Positions 1-9,806 of a stretch of DNA of 64,000 nucleotides are shown here, piece after piece. Below the pieces are notes generated by a model, which worked only from the letters and a program-made list of their open reading frames with translations, was not told the origin of the DNA and did no database searches. Source of the stretch: Candidatus Thorarchaeota archaeon. Lineage in GTDB: Archaea; Asgardarchaeota; Thorarchaeia; Thorarchaeales; Thorarchaeaceae. The first letter of the stretch is position 1. Each line of letters opens with the position of its first letter. Both the position numbers and the translations under genes were made by a program. Location: NCBI GenBank assembly GCA_003345545.1, contig PRDH01000047.1, positions 4,692-68,691 on the forward strand. Direction: 5' to 3'.

Positions 1-221
1 GAGAGAACCTCTTCGCGTTTGCCAAGAAGGATTTTCTGGATGAGTTTTCGAGGACGATAACGGTCAGCCATGCTCGCAACCATGCACGAAGCTGTACACA
101 TACCACACTGGATACATTTCATTATCCCTTCCCCACCAAATTCCTTCTCGACCTCTTTAGCAAAATCTGAGCTTGGGACGTTGTTGACCACTGACTTCTG
201 CGGGACACCATCATTTGACAT
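1..221 (-). CDS. hdrC: HdrC-like 4Fe-4S subunit (N-terminal part only; the gene runs off the window start)
   Basis: Not in the ORF track because there is no stop inside the window. A minus-strand ATG at 221 lies 2 nt after the hdrA stop. My translation is MSNDGVPQKSVVNNVPSSDFAKEVEKEFGGEGIMKCIQCGMCTASCMVASMADRYRPRKLIQKILLGKREEVL. It has a CxxCxxCxxxC cluster motif followed by RPRKLI, the layout of heterodisulfide reductase C subunits. Confidence 0.6.
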   Translation of the reverse strand, partial: MSNDGVPQKSVVNNVPSSDFAKEVEKEFGGEGIMKCIQCGMCTASCMVASMADRYRPRKLIQKILLGKREEVL

Positions 222-223
222 AG

Positions 224-3001
224 CTATTGCTCCTCTCTGTCCACCTTCGACAGAATGATAGTTGCTCTCATCGCTGCTGCGCTGCCAGCAGAAACCGAGT
301 CGGGAATGTCTTTCGGTCCGTCTGCACATCCTGCAACGAACACACCAGGCACATCAGTATCGACAGGTGTGAGGACAGCATCTTGAACTTGGACATAGCC
401 TTCTTCACTGAGTTCCATATTGAGCTCCACTGCCAAGTCTTCAAGTCCCTCCGGAGGCTGAATTCCAGGACTAAGAATGACAAGGTCATGAGAGACATCG
501 TGCAGCTCACCCGTTTCAGTATCCTCAAAGCGCACAATGAGCTTCTCATTCTTCTTATCCTCCATGACCTCTGCAACACGCCCTCGAACGAAGTTCACGC
601 CGAAGCGTGTACGCGCCATCTCGTAGAACTCTTCAAATCCTTTTCCGAAGGCGCGAATATCTGCATAGTACACATTCACCTTTGCGTCGTGATGGTGGTC
701 TTTCGCCATGACGGCGTTCTTTATACCATACATGCAACACACTCTGGAACAGAACGGGACACCCTTCTGAACATCTCTCGCACCGACACACTGGACAAAA
801 CCAATACTCTCAGGTATCCTGCCGTCTGTGAGTCGAATCAGATGCCCATGTGTGGGGCCAGCCGCATTGATCAGCCTCTCGAACTCCATTGCTGTTATGA
901 CGTTCGGCAACTTGCCATACCCATACTGTGGGTATTTTGCAACATCGAAAAGCCTGTACCCTGTAGCCAGAATAATGGCACCGACATGCAGGTCCACGAC
1001 CTCATCAGTCATGTGATGATTGATAGCCTCCCGAGTGCATGCCTCAACGCATCTCTCGCACTCACAGCAGACTGCGCAGTTGAGACACCGTTCAGCTTCC
1101 TGAATAGATTGGGCTTCACTGAATCCGAGCTCGACTTCAGAGAAGTCAGGTTTTCTGCTCTCAAGGATGTGCTTGGGCATTAGAGCACGAGACTCAACAG
1201 GAATATAGCTCTTATCCACCTCATAGGACTGTACTCTGTGGAGCTCGTTTGCGCGACCCTCCATCAAGTCAGTCCCGCGAATGTACTTGTCAATTGAGAT
1301 GGCAGCCTGCTTTCCAGCACCAACGGCCTTGACGACTGTGTTTGGCCCGGTGAAAATATCTCCACCCGCAAAAACCCCAGGCACACTTGTTGCCAGGGTG
1401 ATCGGATCACACTTGACAGTCCCCCATTCGGTGCACTCCAGCTCACTCTGTACACCTTTCGGGTCTGTTGACTGACCAACTGCAACAATTATCTCATCCA
1501 CAGCCATCGTGAATTCAGAATTTTGAATCGGAACAGGTCGACGCCGTCCGGAGTGGTCAGGCTCACCCAGACGCATCTTGATGCATCGAACTCCAGTGAT
1601 ATGACCCTTTGAAGACAAAATCTCAATAGGATTTGTCAGAAGCATGAACCTGACGCCCTCAGCCTTGGCGTCATCTACTTCACTTGGGATAGCAGGAATC
1701 TCCACGTGAGACCGTCTGTAGACAAGAGTGACTTCCTTTGCTCCGAGACGTCTTGCAACACGGGCGGAGTCGACAGCAGCATCTCCACCACCAACAACGA
1801 CAACACGCTCTCCGACGGTTACCTTCTCGCCAGCATTAACATCTTGGAGAAACTTGATAGCATGGACAACGCCGTCAACATCTTCACCAGCAATTCCTAG
1901 CCTGTTGCTCTCCCAAGCCCCAGTAGCAACGAAGACAGCCTTGAAGCCCTTGTTAAGTAGATCATGGAGGGATTTGACATCTGTTCCTGTCTTGATTTTC
2001 ACTCCCATGTCAACAACACGCTGAATTTCCTCATCCAGAATATCACGTGGTAGTCTATACTCAGGAATGCAGTATCGTAGCATCCCGCCAGCCTTCTGCT
2101 GTCGCTCAAAGACTGTGACTGGATAGCCCATGCGAGCAAGATGATAGGCACAACTGATACCACCAGGCCCGCCACCTACAACGGCCACCCGCTCTTTCTT
2201 ATCGATAGCTGCAACTACAGGAGCAGCTCCATGAGAACGTTCGTAGTCGGCAAGGAATCTGTGAAGATTCCTGATACTTATGCTCTGGTCAAGCATTCCG
2301 CGCTCGCATTCCGCTTCACAAAAGCTAATGCAGACCCTTCCGAGGACTCCAGCAAAAGGAATAGACCGCCTGACAATCTCCAGAGCTTCATCATACTTGC
2401 CATGGCGCATCATTGTCACGAAGCCCTGCGCATTTACTTCAGCAGGACATGTTGATCTGCAGGCCGGCTCACCCCTCTTATCAACAGTAACGACATTAGG
2501 AGTTGCCTGCGGGAAAGGCGTATAGATAGCCTTCCGAAATCCTAGTCTGCCATCGAACTCATTTGGCACCTCAACAGGACAGACTGCAATACAATCCCCG
2601 CAACCATTGCATTTGCCCTCATCAACATAACGCGCGTGTCTGTGAACTCTGACTCGAAAATCCCCAGGCTCTCCACTTACTGATTTGATCTCAGAGTATG
2701 TGAGAAGATCAATATTGGGATGACGTGAAACCTCACTAAGCCGTGGAGTCAGAATACATGCACTACAGTCAAGAGTTGGAAAGGTCTTATCTATTTTCGC
2801 CATAACTCCGCCGACCGAAGAGGACCTCTCGAGGAGAGTTACTTTAAAGCCCTGGTTAGCAATATCAATCGCGGCCTGCATTCCTGCAACGCCACCGCCG
2901 ACAACGAGTGCTTCATTCGATTTGATAGCGGTGCTGCCTCTGCCGCCTTTGGATTCGTGCTGTTTCTCTGCGGTCATAAATCGACCTCCGTTGCTATGCA
3001 A
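224..3001 (-). CDS. hdrA: Heterodisulfide reductase subunit A-like flavoprotein with an inserted GltD/NfnB-type NAD(P)H-binding module
   Basis: 925 aa. The N-terminal FAD Rossmann motif is VVGGGVAGMQAA. HdrA-type motifs are present: TLDCSACILTP, CNGCGDCIAVCP, CLNCAVCCECERC, PFCSRVCCMYG and a C-terminal VFVAGCADGPKDI. The central insert carries IPFAGVLGRVCISFCEAECERG plus two further Rossmann motifs (VAVVGGGPGGISCA, VVVVGGGDAAVDSA) typical of glutamate synthase small subunit/NfnB/SudA. The likely true start is the ATG at 2977, preceded by GGAGGT (2984-2989); the track start at 3001 is a TTG. Confidence 0.85.
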   Translation of the reverse strand: MHSNGGRFMTAEKQHESKGGRGSTAIKSNEALVVGGGVAGMQAAIDIANQGFKVTLLERSSSVGGVMAKIDKTFPTLDCSACILTPRLSEVSRHPNIDLLTYSEIKSVSGEPGDFRVRVHRHARYVDEGKCNGCGDCIAVCPVEVPNEFDGRLGFRKAIYTPFPQATPNVVTVDKRGEPACRSTCPAEVNAQGFVTMMRHGKYDEALEIVRRSIPFAGVLGRVCISFCEAECERGMLDQSISIRNLHRFLADYERSHGAAPVVAAIDKKERVAVVGGGPGGISCAYHLARMGYPVTVFERQQKAGGMLRYCIPEYRLPRDILDEEIQRVVDMGVKIKTGTDVKSLHDLLNKGFKAVFVATGAWESNRLGIAGEDVDGVVHAIKFLQDVNAGEKVTVGERVVVVGGGDAAVDSARVARRLGAKEVTLVYRRSHVEIPAIPSEVDDAKAEGVRFMLLTNPIEILSSKGHITGVRCIKMRLGEPDHSGRRRPVPIQNSEFTMAVDEIIVAVGQSTDPKGVQSELECTEWGTVKCDPITLATSVPGVFAGGDIFTGPNTVVKAVGAGKQAAISIDKYIRGTDLMEGRANELHRVQSYEVDKSYIPVESRALMPKHILESRKPDFSEVELGFSEAQSIQEAERCLNCAVCCECERCVEACTREAINHHMTDEVVDLHVGAIILATGYRLFDVAKYPQYGYGKLPNVITAMEFERLINAAGPTHGHLIRLTDGRIPESIGFVQCVGARDVQKGVPFCSRVCCMYGIKNAVMAKDHHHDAKVNVYYADIRAFGKGFEEFYEMARTRFGVNFVRGRVAEVMEDKKNEKLIVRFEDTETGELHDVSHDLVILSPGIQPPEGLEDLAVELNMELSEEGYVQVQDAVLTPVDTDVPGVFVAGCADGPKDIPDSVSAGSAAAMRATIILSKVDREEQ

Positions 3002-3517
3002 GAAAAGGATTTGGGATGGTGAAAGAAAAAGGCCACATGTTGGTTGGATGATGTACTCCGGTCCCCTATGACTGGAGTCTCCATCTTATTAGTTACTAAG
3101 GTCTTCTCGTTCAAGTACATCAAATCGGCCATGTGGTATCTCTTGTTACAATCTTGACGACAATATACTTGTCGTGTCTGATAGCGTCACTCACGGCATG
3201 TATCTGCTTTTTATCTCTTACATATGGACACCACAGATGATAGAAACCGTACATCTTGGAGCACAGACATGAAGTAGGGGCTTATTGATTAGCATAACAT
3301 GGTTAAAAATTGTAACCACGAACTTATGGGGAGAAAATGGACCTATTGAAGAAGAGACTCAAATGCGTGTTTTCCCCAAATGTCCTCCATCCTTTTCAGC
3401 CCATATGCATAGTCGCGCACGTCAGCTAAGGCAAGACTCATATGTAAGACTCGTTTGGAGCCCATATCCTGCTATTGCATAACGTAAGCACATTGCCAAC
3501 GGGAATGGTGAACATTC

Positions 3518-5704
3518 TTGACATTGAAGGAGTTCAAGTACACAGTTCCAATGATTAAGAGAGGATATGCAAGTCAGACTCTGTATATCAATCTCTCAGA
3601 TCATACGATCAGAATCAAACCAGTTGACCAAAGGATGAAGGACACCTTCACTGGCGGCAAGGGGTTTGACCTCTGGCTGATGTGGAACAGCCTTCCAAAG
3701 GATAGAATCGTGAAGTGGGATGACCCGGAGAACGAGATCTGCATTGCCACTGGCCCTCTGGGAGGAGTGACTCAGTACCCAGGAGCAGGCAAATCAATCG
3801 TCACCTCGATTTCTCCAATGACCGGCATTCCAATCGATAGCAATGTTGGCGGCTATGTAGGACCTAATCTGAAGTTCTCTGGATTTGATGCTTTGGAGAT
3901 ACAGGGCAAGGCGGAGAATGATGTCTACATCCTCATTGATGGAGATAGTGGTAGAGTTGAGATAAATGATGCTAAGGGCCTCCCGAGTACTGCTTATGAG
4001 ATCACTAGAGTCCTCAGTGAACGTCATACAGCATCGGAAGGCAAGGACATGGCAGTTGTAACCGCAGGTCCTGGCGCAGAGCATGCATGGATGGGGTGCC
4101 TGAACTTCTCGTGGTGGGATATGCGGAGAAACGTGCCGAGATACAAGCAAGCAGGACGAGGTGGAATAGGCACTGTCTTCCGAAATAAGAGAATCAAGGC
4201 AATTGCTGTCAAGCTAGAAAAAATCACACTCGAAATGAACAATCCTGCAGACCCAGACGGGATCAAGACCATTGGCCGTGAACACTCTGGCGAGATTCTG
4301 GAATTGGATGGCAAACAGAACAGAATGAGAACCATCGGGACAGGGCACCTTCCCTCAATCATGGATGAGTTCGACTTGCTCCCAACCCGAAATTTCAGGA
4401 CAGGTGGGGATCCAGCTGCAAAGGCGTTATTCGGGACAGAGTGGGAGAAGATCTTTACTAATACGGGGAAAGGCTGGGATGGCTGTTGGAGACCCTGCGC
4501 TATCAACTGCAGTCACTGCATAGAAGGCTTCGTGCCAAAGACAGGCCCCTTCAAAGGGAAACAGGTGGTTGTCGACGGGCCAGAGTATGAAACAATTGCA
4601 GGATGCGGGTCAAACATAGGTGTCTTCGACCCGTATTGGATTGCGGAGCTGAACTTCTACTGCGATGCCTACGGTATCGATACCATCTCCTTCGGTACCA
4701 CTATGGCATTTGTTATGGAGCTCTTCGAGGGAGGCTTCATCGATGAGAAAGCCACTGGAGATCACAAGCTCAAGTGGGGTGCTGCTGATGAGGCACTCTC
4801 AGTTCTTCATGAGATTGCCGATGGCAAGGGATTCGGTGGGCAGCATCTTGGAAAAGGCATTCACTACCTAAAGGGCTATTTCGGTGACAAGCATGGTGTC
4901 GACCATGATCTGATGCAGGACATCGGCATGGAGCACAAAGGTCTGGAGTACTCGGAGTACGTCACCAAGGAGAGCCTTGCACAGCAGGGAGGTTACGGCC
5001 TCACACTAAAGGGCCCACAACACGACGAGGCATGGCTCATCTTCATGGATATGGTTCACAAGTACATGCCTACATTTGACCAGAAAGCTGAGGCATTGTA
5101 CTACTTCCCAATGTGGCGTACTTGGTTCGGACTCAACGGGCTGTGCAAACTGCCGTGGAATGATGTTGTCCCTGCTGACAACAAACAGACATCTGAGCCG
5201 GCAAAGGTACCAAAACACGTGGAGTTCTATGTTAAATTCTACTCGGCAATGAGTGGCAAGAAGGTCGGGGGCGATGACCTTATTGTAATGAGCGAGAAAG
5301 TGTACAACTTCCAGAGAGTCTTCAACATCAGACAAGGTAAGGGTCTTCGAATCAACGACTCCTTCATTCCGTATAGAAGCGCAGGGCCGGTCACTGACTG
5401 GGAATACGAGTCGAGAGCAGACCGTTATGATGGTCAGTTGAAGGAGCTTGGCATCGACATCTCAGGCATGAGCACGACTGAAAAGAACAAGAAACTCCGT
5501 GAGTACAGGGAGGAACGTTACAGGCTTCTCACAGATGCAGCCTACAAGAGGCGGGGTTGGACGCGGAATGGCGTTCCGACCATGGAGAAGATCAAGAAGC
5601 TTGGACTGGATTGGATCCCTGACGTCGTCGATATTGTGAAGAAGCATGGAAGAACTGCTCCTCCCAGAAACACGCTCCCGGCTTCTGATGAAGCATGGAA
5701 GTAG
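3518..5704 (+). CDS. aor: Aldehyde:ferredoxin oxidoreductase family (tungstopterin) enzyme
   Basis: 728 aa. The N-terminal domain (YASQTLYINLSDHTIRIKPV...FTGGKGFDLWLMW) and the core (DGPEYETIAGCGSNIGV, NFYCDAYGIDTISFG, KGLEYSEY, QHDEAW) have the AOR-family pattern. It is longer than classical ~600-aa AORs. An alternative start is the ATG at 3551 (MIKRGYASQ...). Confidence 0.85.
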   Translation: MTLKEFKYTVPMIKRGYASQTLYINLSDHTIRIKPVDQRMKDTFTGGKGFDLWLMWNSLPKDRIVKWDDPENEICIATGPLGGVTQYPGAGKSIVTSISPMTGIPIDSNVGGYVGPNLKFSGFDALEIQGKAENDVYILIDGDSGRVEINDAKGLPSTAYEITRVLSERHTASEGKDMAVVTAGPGAEHAWMGCLNFSWWDMRRNVPRYKQAGRGGIGTVFRNKRIKAIAVKLEKITLEMNNPADPDGIKTIGREHSGEILELDGKQNRMRTIGTGHLPSIMDEFDLLPTRNFRTGGDPAAKALFGTEWEKIFTNTGKGWDGCWRPCAINCSHCIEGFVPKTGPFKGKQVVVDGPEYETIAGCGSNIGVFDPYWIAELNFYCDAYGIDTISFGTTMAFVMELFEGGFIDEKATGDHKLKWGAADEALSVLHEIADGKGFGGQHLGKGIHYLKGYFGDKHGVDHDLMQDIGMEHKGLEYSEYVTKESLAQQGGYGLTLKGPQHDEAWLIFMDMVHKYMPTFDQKAEALYYFPMWRTWFGLNGLCKLPWNDVVPADNKQTSEPAKVPKHVEFYVKFYSAMSGKKVGGDDLIVMSEKVYNFQRVFNIRQGKGLRINDSFIPYRSAGPVTDWEYESRADRYDGQLKELGIDISGMSTTEKNKKLREYREERYRLLTDAAYKRRGWTRNGVPTMEKIKKLGLDWIPDVVDIVKKHGRTAPPRNTLPASDEAWK

Positions 5705-6007
5705 AAGATGATTGTTCCGCTGAGCAATCTTCAGGAAGAAGCAGGAGAGATCCTCATGTGCCGAATCCTTTTCCTACTTCAGGAATATCAAGGGGCGTCG
5801 AAGTCTTTACAGTGATTCGTGCTATTCTTCTCAAACGTACCTCTAAAGACAGTGCATATTGACTCGACTTCTTTGAGGCATCGGTCAAGGACATAGTGGC
5901 CACTAGTCCTTGCCCAAGAATGTCATACTTGTGACTGTGATATTCTGGAGGGATTGATGCATTGGAGTGCCAAATGTTCTCTCAAATGTAAATGCAGAGA
6001 ATAGAAG

Positions 6008-7273
6008 TTGCAGACCGTTATCGAGAGAGACCGGGATGTGAGTAGAGCTGAATCCAAAAGTAGAAGCTTTTTCTGCTTCTATGATATTGTTCTAAAGCAG
6101 AGTCACCCGAAATGTGACAGGAGTGGAGCTCCTATCCTCCAAGATTACGTAGCAGCGTCTGTCGGCATAATAGGGCTCACATTCACCATATTAGTATGCT
6201 GTGTACTACTTCGTGAAGTGGCTCCAAAAAAGCAGAAAGAAGACTCACTAGAAGTCGAATGGGGTGATAGGCATTCACTGCCTCCGTATCTGCAGAAAGA
6301 GATTGAGAGGACTGCAAGCCCAACAGGTGGCTTAATGGATCTCCCGGCATGGCGGCCCGTTGATCAGTGGAGGACGCGCTCAACAGAAACCCTCACGCCC
6401 GAGAAACGACCAATACCTGGTGTTGCTCGTTCGCTAGCGGCCTATGGTTCATATTCACGGGATGAACAGCAGTCTGTGAAGGCGGTACGTGGAGGGGAAT
6501 TCGTTGGCAACCGGATGCGATTCAAGGTCAAGGTGTTGAATGAATCCAAGTACACAATAACGGATGTGAGAGTCTTTCTCATCTCATACCCATCAGAATC
6601 GCTAAGACTAGTTGATGAGGATGACCACGCATATTACTCAAAGATCGAACCGAGCGGTTTTCGAAGTCCCTCGTTCGATTTTTTGCCCACCCACGACTGT
6701 GTTAAAGGAGAAATCAGTGCAGGAGTGTCGTACGTTGACATGAAGGGGCAGCCTCACACATTGACCACCAAACCGTTCGTCATTCGCTCAGTCTGCGACC
6801 TACTCATACCAGATCAGATAGATCCGAAGGAGTTCGCACTCAGGCTCAAGCAACTCGAGTGCGGTGAGATTGTCGTAAAGGTCACTGATTGGACACCTGA
6901 AGAGATGTATGAGAAGGCATTGCATATCGTTGAAGATGCGAACTTCTTTGAGGTGATCAGCAATATTGAAACGAAAGATGGCATCATTCATGCGAGAATC
7001 AGCGGACTTGCTAAAGGGAAATTCACAGGCAAGAGCGTTGCAGCGGAGTTGCATATCAAAGGGCCCTCGGGCAAGAAGGGAGCCAGCTGTAAGGTAAAGG
7101 TCTCAGGTGAAGACCAAGCAATGATCTTGCCTGCAATAGATGATCTACGGGAGCGCCTGAACGCTTGGTTATGTCCCATGTGTTCAAGTCCGTTGACGCT
7201 CGAGAACGTGGAACAACTCAAGGATGGGAAAACGGTAGTCTGTCAGTTCTGCAGGGTCTCAATTGGACGCTAG
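6008..7273 (+). CDS. Hypothetical protein: one predicted TM segment, beta-sandwich-like region, C-terminal zinc ribbon
   Basis: 421-aa ORF with no long competing ORF. It has a hydrophobic segment (VAASVGIIGLTFTILVCCVLL), a beta-rich block (GNRMRFKVKVLNESKYTITDVRVFLISYPSESLRL...) and a C-terminal CPMC-x17-CQFC. The start is uncertain: TTG 6008 or GTG 6038, with the first in-frame ATG only at codon 110. Confidence 0.5.
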   Translation: MQTVIERDRDVSRAESKSRSFFCFYDIVLKQSHPKCDRSGAPILQDYVAASVGIIGLTFTILVCCVLLREVAPKKQKEDSLEVEWGDRHSLPPYLQKEIERTASPTGGLMDLPAWRPVDQWRTRSTETLTPEKRPIPGVARSLAAYGSYSRDEQQSVKAVRGGEFVGNRMRFKVKVLNESKYTITDVRVFLISYPSESLRLVDEDDHAYYSKIEPSGFRSPSFDFLPTHDCVKGEISAGVSYVDMKGQPHTLTTKPFVIRSVCDLLIPDQIDPKEFALRLKQLECGEIVVKVTDWTPEEMYEKALHIVEDANFFEVISNIETKDGIIHARISGLAKGKFTGKSVAAELHIKGPSGKKGASCKVKVSGEDQAMILPAIDDLRERLNAWLCPMCSSPLTLENVEQLKDGKTVVCQFCRVSIGR

Positions 7274-7373
7274 AAGTATTGGCAAGCTCATAGAATAGCA
7301 GAAACTACATATGAGTGCTGGAGTTGATCCAGTGATTTGTCTTTTCGTGCCCGAGAACGGCATCCCCGAATAC

Positions 7374-8291
7374 CTAGTGCATAGACTCAGCTTCTCTGAG
7401 GCATTGGTGAAGGACATAGTAGCCGCTAGTTGTAGCCCATCTAAAGTCGTCAGAACTTGTGAAGCCTGAGAGAAATAGGTTCCACCCAGCCATGTAGAAG
7501 TCTTGGTAGCGGCGGGCAATCTCATTGTAGCCTTGCGCACATAGCTCCTGTGCAATATGAGTCCGATTCCAAGACCAGACATCTAGTGGGTCGTCTGCAG
7601 TTTGTGTGAGCAGTCGAACCGGACCAGGGGATACTCTCCAAGTCATTTCACGGATGATTGCCCAGAAATCCAATCCAGACCTGTCCGCCACCCTAGATGG
7701 TATCTTGGCCACAAATTCTGAAAGAGAGAGAAGATTCTCTAGATCGATACTTCGTATCCTATCAGTCGATGGGAATACAGGTTCAGAGAGCCGACCAATC
7801 AGGACTCTTACATCACGCTTGCGAGGTGGAACATATTCCAGATCCTCAATCAACTTGTCGACCAAACTAAGCTGGCTTCGAGGGATGTGAAGATGGTCAG
7901 GTTTCAGCTCTGTGAATCTGTCTTCGTAATGTTTGGACAGGCACATGGAATCTTGAAAAGGATCCTCCGAGTACGGGAACAGATCTGCTTCACCATCGAG
8001 CTTGATGTGGATATCGACGTCACTAATTGTTGGCACGTAGTCAATAGGGGATTCCCATGGTTTCACCGCGGAACCCTTCGCATACGCGCACTTCACGTGG
8101 TCACCTAGTGTTTCGACCAATACGGATACCCAAGAATCGAGACATACCTTGATGTCATCCCTTGCCTTCTCTGCTAACGTATCCCAGTCAAACACGGATA
8201 CCAAAACTCCCAGATTGAAGAAAACCGTTCCGGTCGCTTTTTGTGGATTTTGGTCATGCACCACAAGAACAATTAGGGGGCTATCTGCCAA
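7374..8291 (-). CDS. Nucleotidyltransferase-fold protein (pol-beta/aminoglycoside adenylyltransferase-like)
   Basis: 305 aa. It has a minimal NTase signature, AYAKGSAVKPWESPIDYVPTISDVDIHIKL (GS ... DxD), followed by a helical C-terminal domain. Confidence 0.6.
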   Translation of the reverse strand: MADSPLIVLVVHDQNPQKATGTVFFNLGVLVSVFDWDTLAEKARDDIKVCLDSWVSVLVETLGDHVKCAYAKGSAVKPWESPIDYVPTISDVDIHIKLDGEADLFPYSEDPFQDSMCLSKHYEDRFTELKPDHLHIPRSQLSLVDKLIEDLEYVPPRKRDVRVLIGRLSEPVFPSTDRIRSIDLENLLSLSEFVAKIPSRVADRSGLDFWAIIREMTWRVSPGPVRLLTQTADDPLDVWSWNRTHIAQELCAQGYNEIARRYQDFYMAGWNLFLSGFTSSDDFRWATTSGYYVLHQCLREAESMH

Positions 8292-8346
8292 TTGAGAGAA
8301 CTTCCAGCATAGTCCGCTGACTATAGACCGTGTGATGATGCGCTAG

Positions 8347-9795
8347 ATGACACCGACTGCTATCTTCCGTGAACCAGCTACTGCAAAGACACCCGGTCCG
8401 TACAGAGTAGTAGGTGCAACAAGCTTCGGGGTCTTCCTCGGCGCGCTAGACGCTTCCATTGTCAATGTATCGCTTGTGACCATGATGGATAGCTTCGGAA
8501 CAACAATTGACGCAATTCAGTGGGTCGTCGTCGCGTATCTCTTGGCCTTAACATCCACGATGCCTCTCATGGGCAAATTTGGAGACCGCTATGGAAAGAA
8601 GAGAATCTTCCAAATGGGCATGCTCGTGTTTACATTGGGATCGTTTGGTTGTGCCATATCTATCGGACTAGCGATGCTTGTCATAGCTCGCATTTTTCAG
8701 GCACTTGGCGCAGCAATGATTACCGCAAACGGACTGGCACTAGTAACATATTTCACCACACCTCAAAATAGAGGCAGAGCAATTGGACTCAACTCAGTTG
8801 TTCTCGCTGCAGCCCTCGGTAGCGGACCAGTTCTTGGCGGAATTCTAACACAGCTGTTTGGCTGGCCAAGCATATTCTTGGTGAATGTTCCAGTAGGAAT
8901 CATGGGGCTCTTCATAGTTCAAGTAGCAGTTCCTCGGACCGAGAAGGTCCAAGAAACTCGCTTTGATGTGATTGGCGCAGGGCTATTCTTCAGTTTCCTG
9001 TTCTTGGTCATCTACTACGTCACGGTAGCCACTACATCACAGGTAGCCACTCGCTTCGTCCTTATCGCTGGAGCACTCATCACCTTTGTCGGATTCATAA
9101 TCAGAGAAAAGACCTTTGAGTCACCAGTAATCTCGATAGATGTCCTCACAGACAAGAGAATCTCAGTCAGCATCTTCTCTGCTCTCCTAGCTTACATGTC
9201 GATGGTCCCTGTTTCATTCTTGCTTCCGTTCTATCTTCAAGAGGCATTGGGTTTCAGCCAAATAATCACTGGCGTCTTTCTTGTCATCCAGCCCATTATG
9301 ATCTCAGTCACAGGGCCGTTTGCTGGTCTTGTATCAGAGAGGGTCAATGCTCAGGTCCAGACAACTGTCGGGCTCATTGTTCAGTTGAGCGGGCTTGTGA
9401 TTCTCGCGCTGACGATTCCGAATGTTTTTGGGATGGGCGTCGGAGTGGCAATCATGGGGACAGGCCTCTCATTCTTCAGTGTGGCAAATGGAAACTTCAT
9501 CATGACGTCAGCACCAAAGAAGTACATGGGTGTCGTTAGCGCACTCACAAACTTGGCAAGAACGACGGGCTTTTCGATTGCCACTGCACTAGTCACAACC
9601 GTCTTCGGAGTCTTTTTCCTGACCTACAACCCATGGGGATTCGAGTCAGGTCCACTCTTTGTGGCAGGCTACAGTCGAGCCCTCCAATCCAGTATCTGGA
9701 TCTTCTCTGCGCTGACATTGATTGCAGCAGTCATCTCAACGATTAGGGGATTGAACAAGGCCGAAGAGGAGCGGGTCGAAACAAGAGCCGTCTAG
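8347..9795 (+). CDS. MFS transporter, DHA2 (14-TM drug:H+ antiporter)-like
   Basis: 482 aa and highly hydrophobic, with about 14 segments. MFS motif A is present as GKFGDRYGKKRIF. Confidence 0.8.
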   Translation: MTPTAIFREPATAKTPGPYRVVGATSFGVFLGALDASIVNVSLVTMMDSFGTTIDAIQWVVVAYLLALTSTMPLMGKFGDRYGKKRIFQMGMLVFTLGSFGCAISIGLAMLVIARIFQALGAAMITANGLALVTYFTTPQNRGRAIGLNSVVLAAALGSGPVLGGILTQLFGWPSIFLVNVPVGIMGLFIVQVAVPRTEKVQETRFDVIGAGLFFSFLFLVIYYVTVATTSQVATRFVLIAGALITFVGFIIREKTFESPVISIDVLTDKRISVSIFSALLAYMSMVPVSFLLPFYLQEALGFSQIITGVFLVIQPIMISVTGPFAGLVSERVNAQVQTTVGLIVQLSGLVILALTIPNVFGMGVGVAIMGTGLSFFSVANGNFIMTSAPKKYMGVVSALTNLARTTGFSIATALVTTVFGVFFLTYNPWGFESGPLFVAGYSRALQSSIWIFSALTLIAAVISTIRGLNKAEEERVETRAV

Positions 9796-9806
9796 ATCGT
9801 ACTCCT

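Noticed and set aside
227-1183. 318-aa ORF on the plus strand
   Set aside because: It lies entirely antisense to hdrA, whose product has many strong motifs. Its own translation is low-complexity and motif-free. It is a shadow ORF.
3002-3517. 516-bp spacer between hdrA and aor, including a 65-aa ORF (3285-3482). I checked it for tRNA, riboswitch-like or repeat structure.
   Set aside because: I saw no cloverleaf-like sequence, no T-loop (GTTCRANNC-type) motif, no obvious repeats, and the ORF has no features. It is most simply a divergent promoter region.
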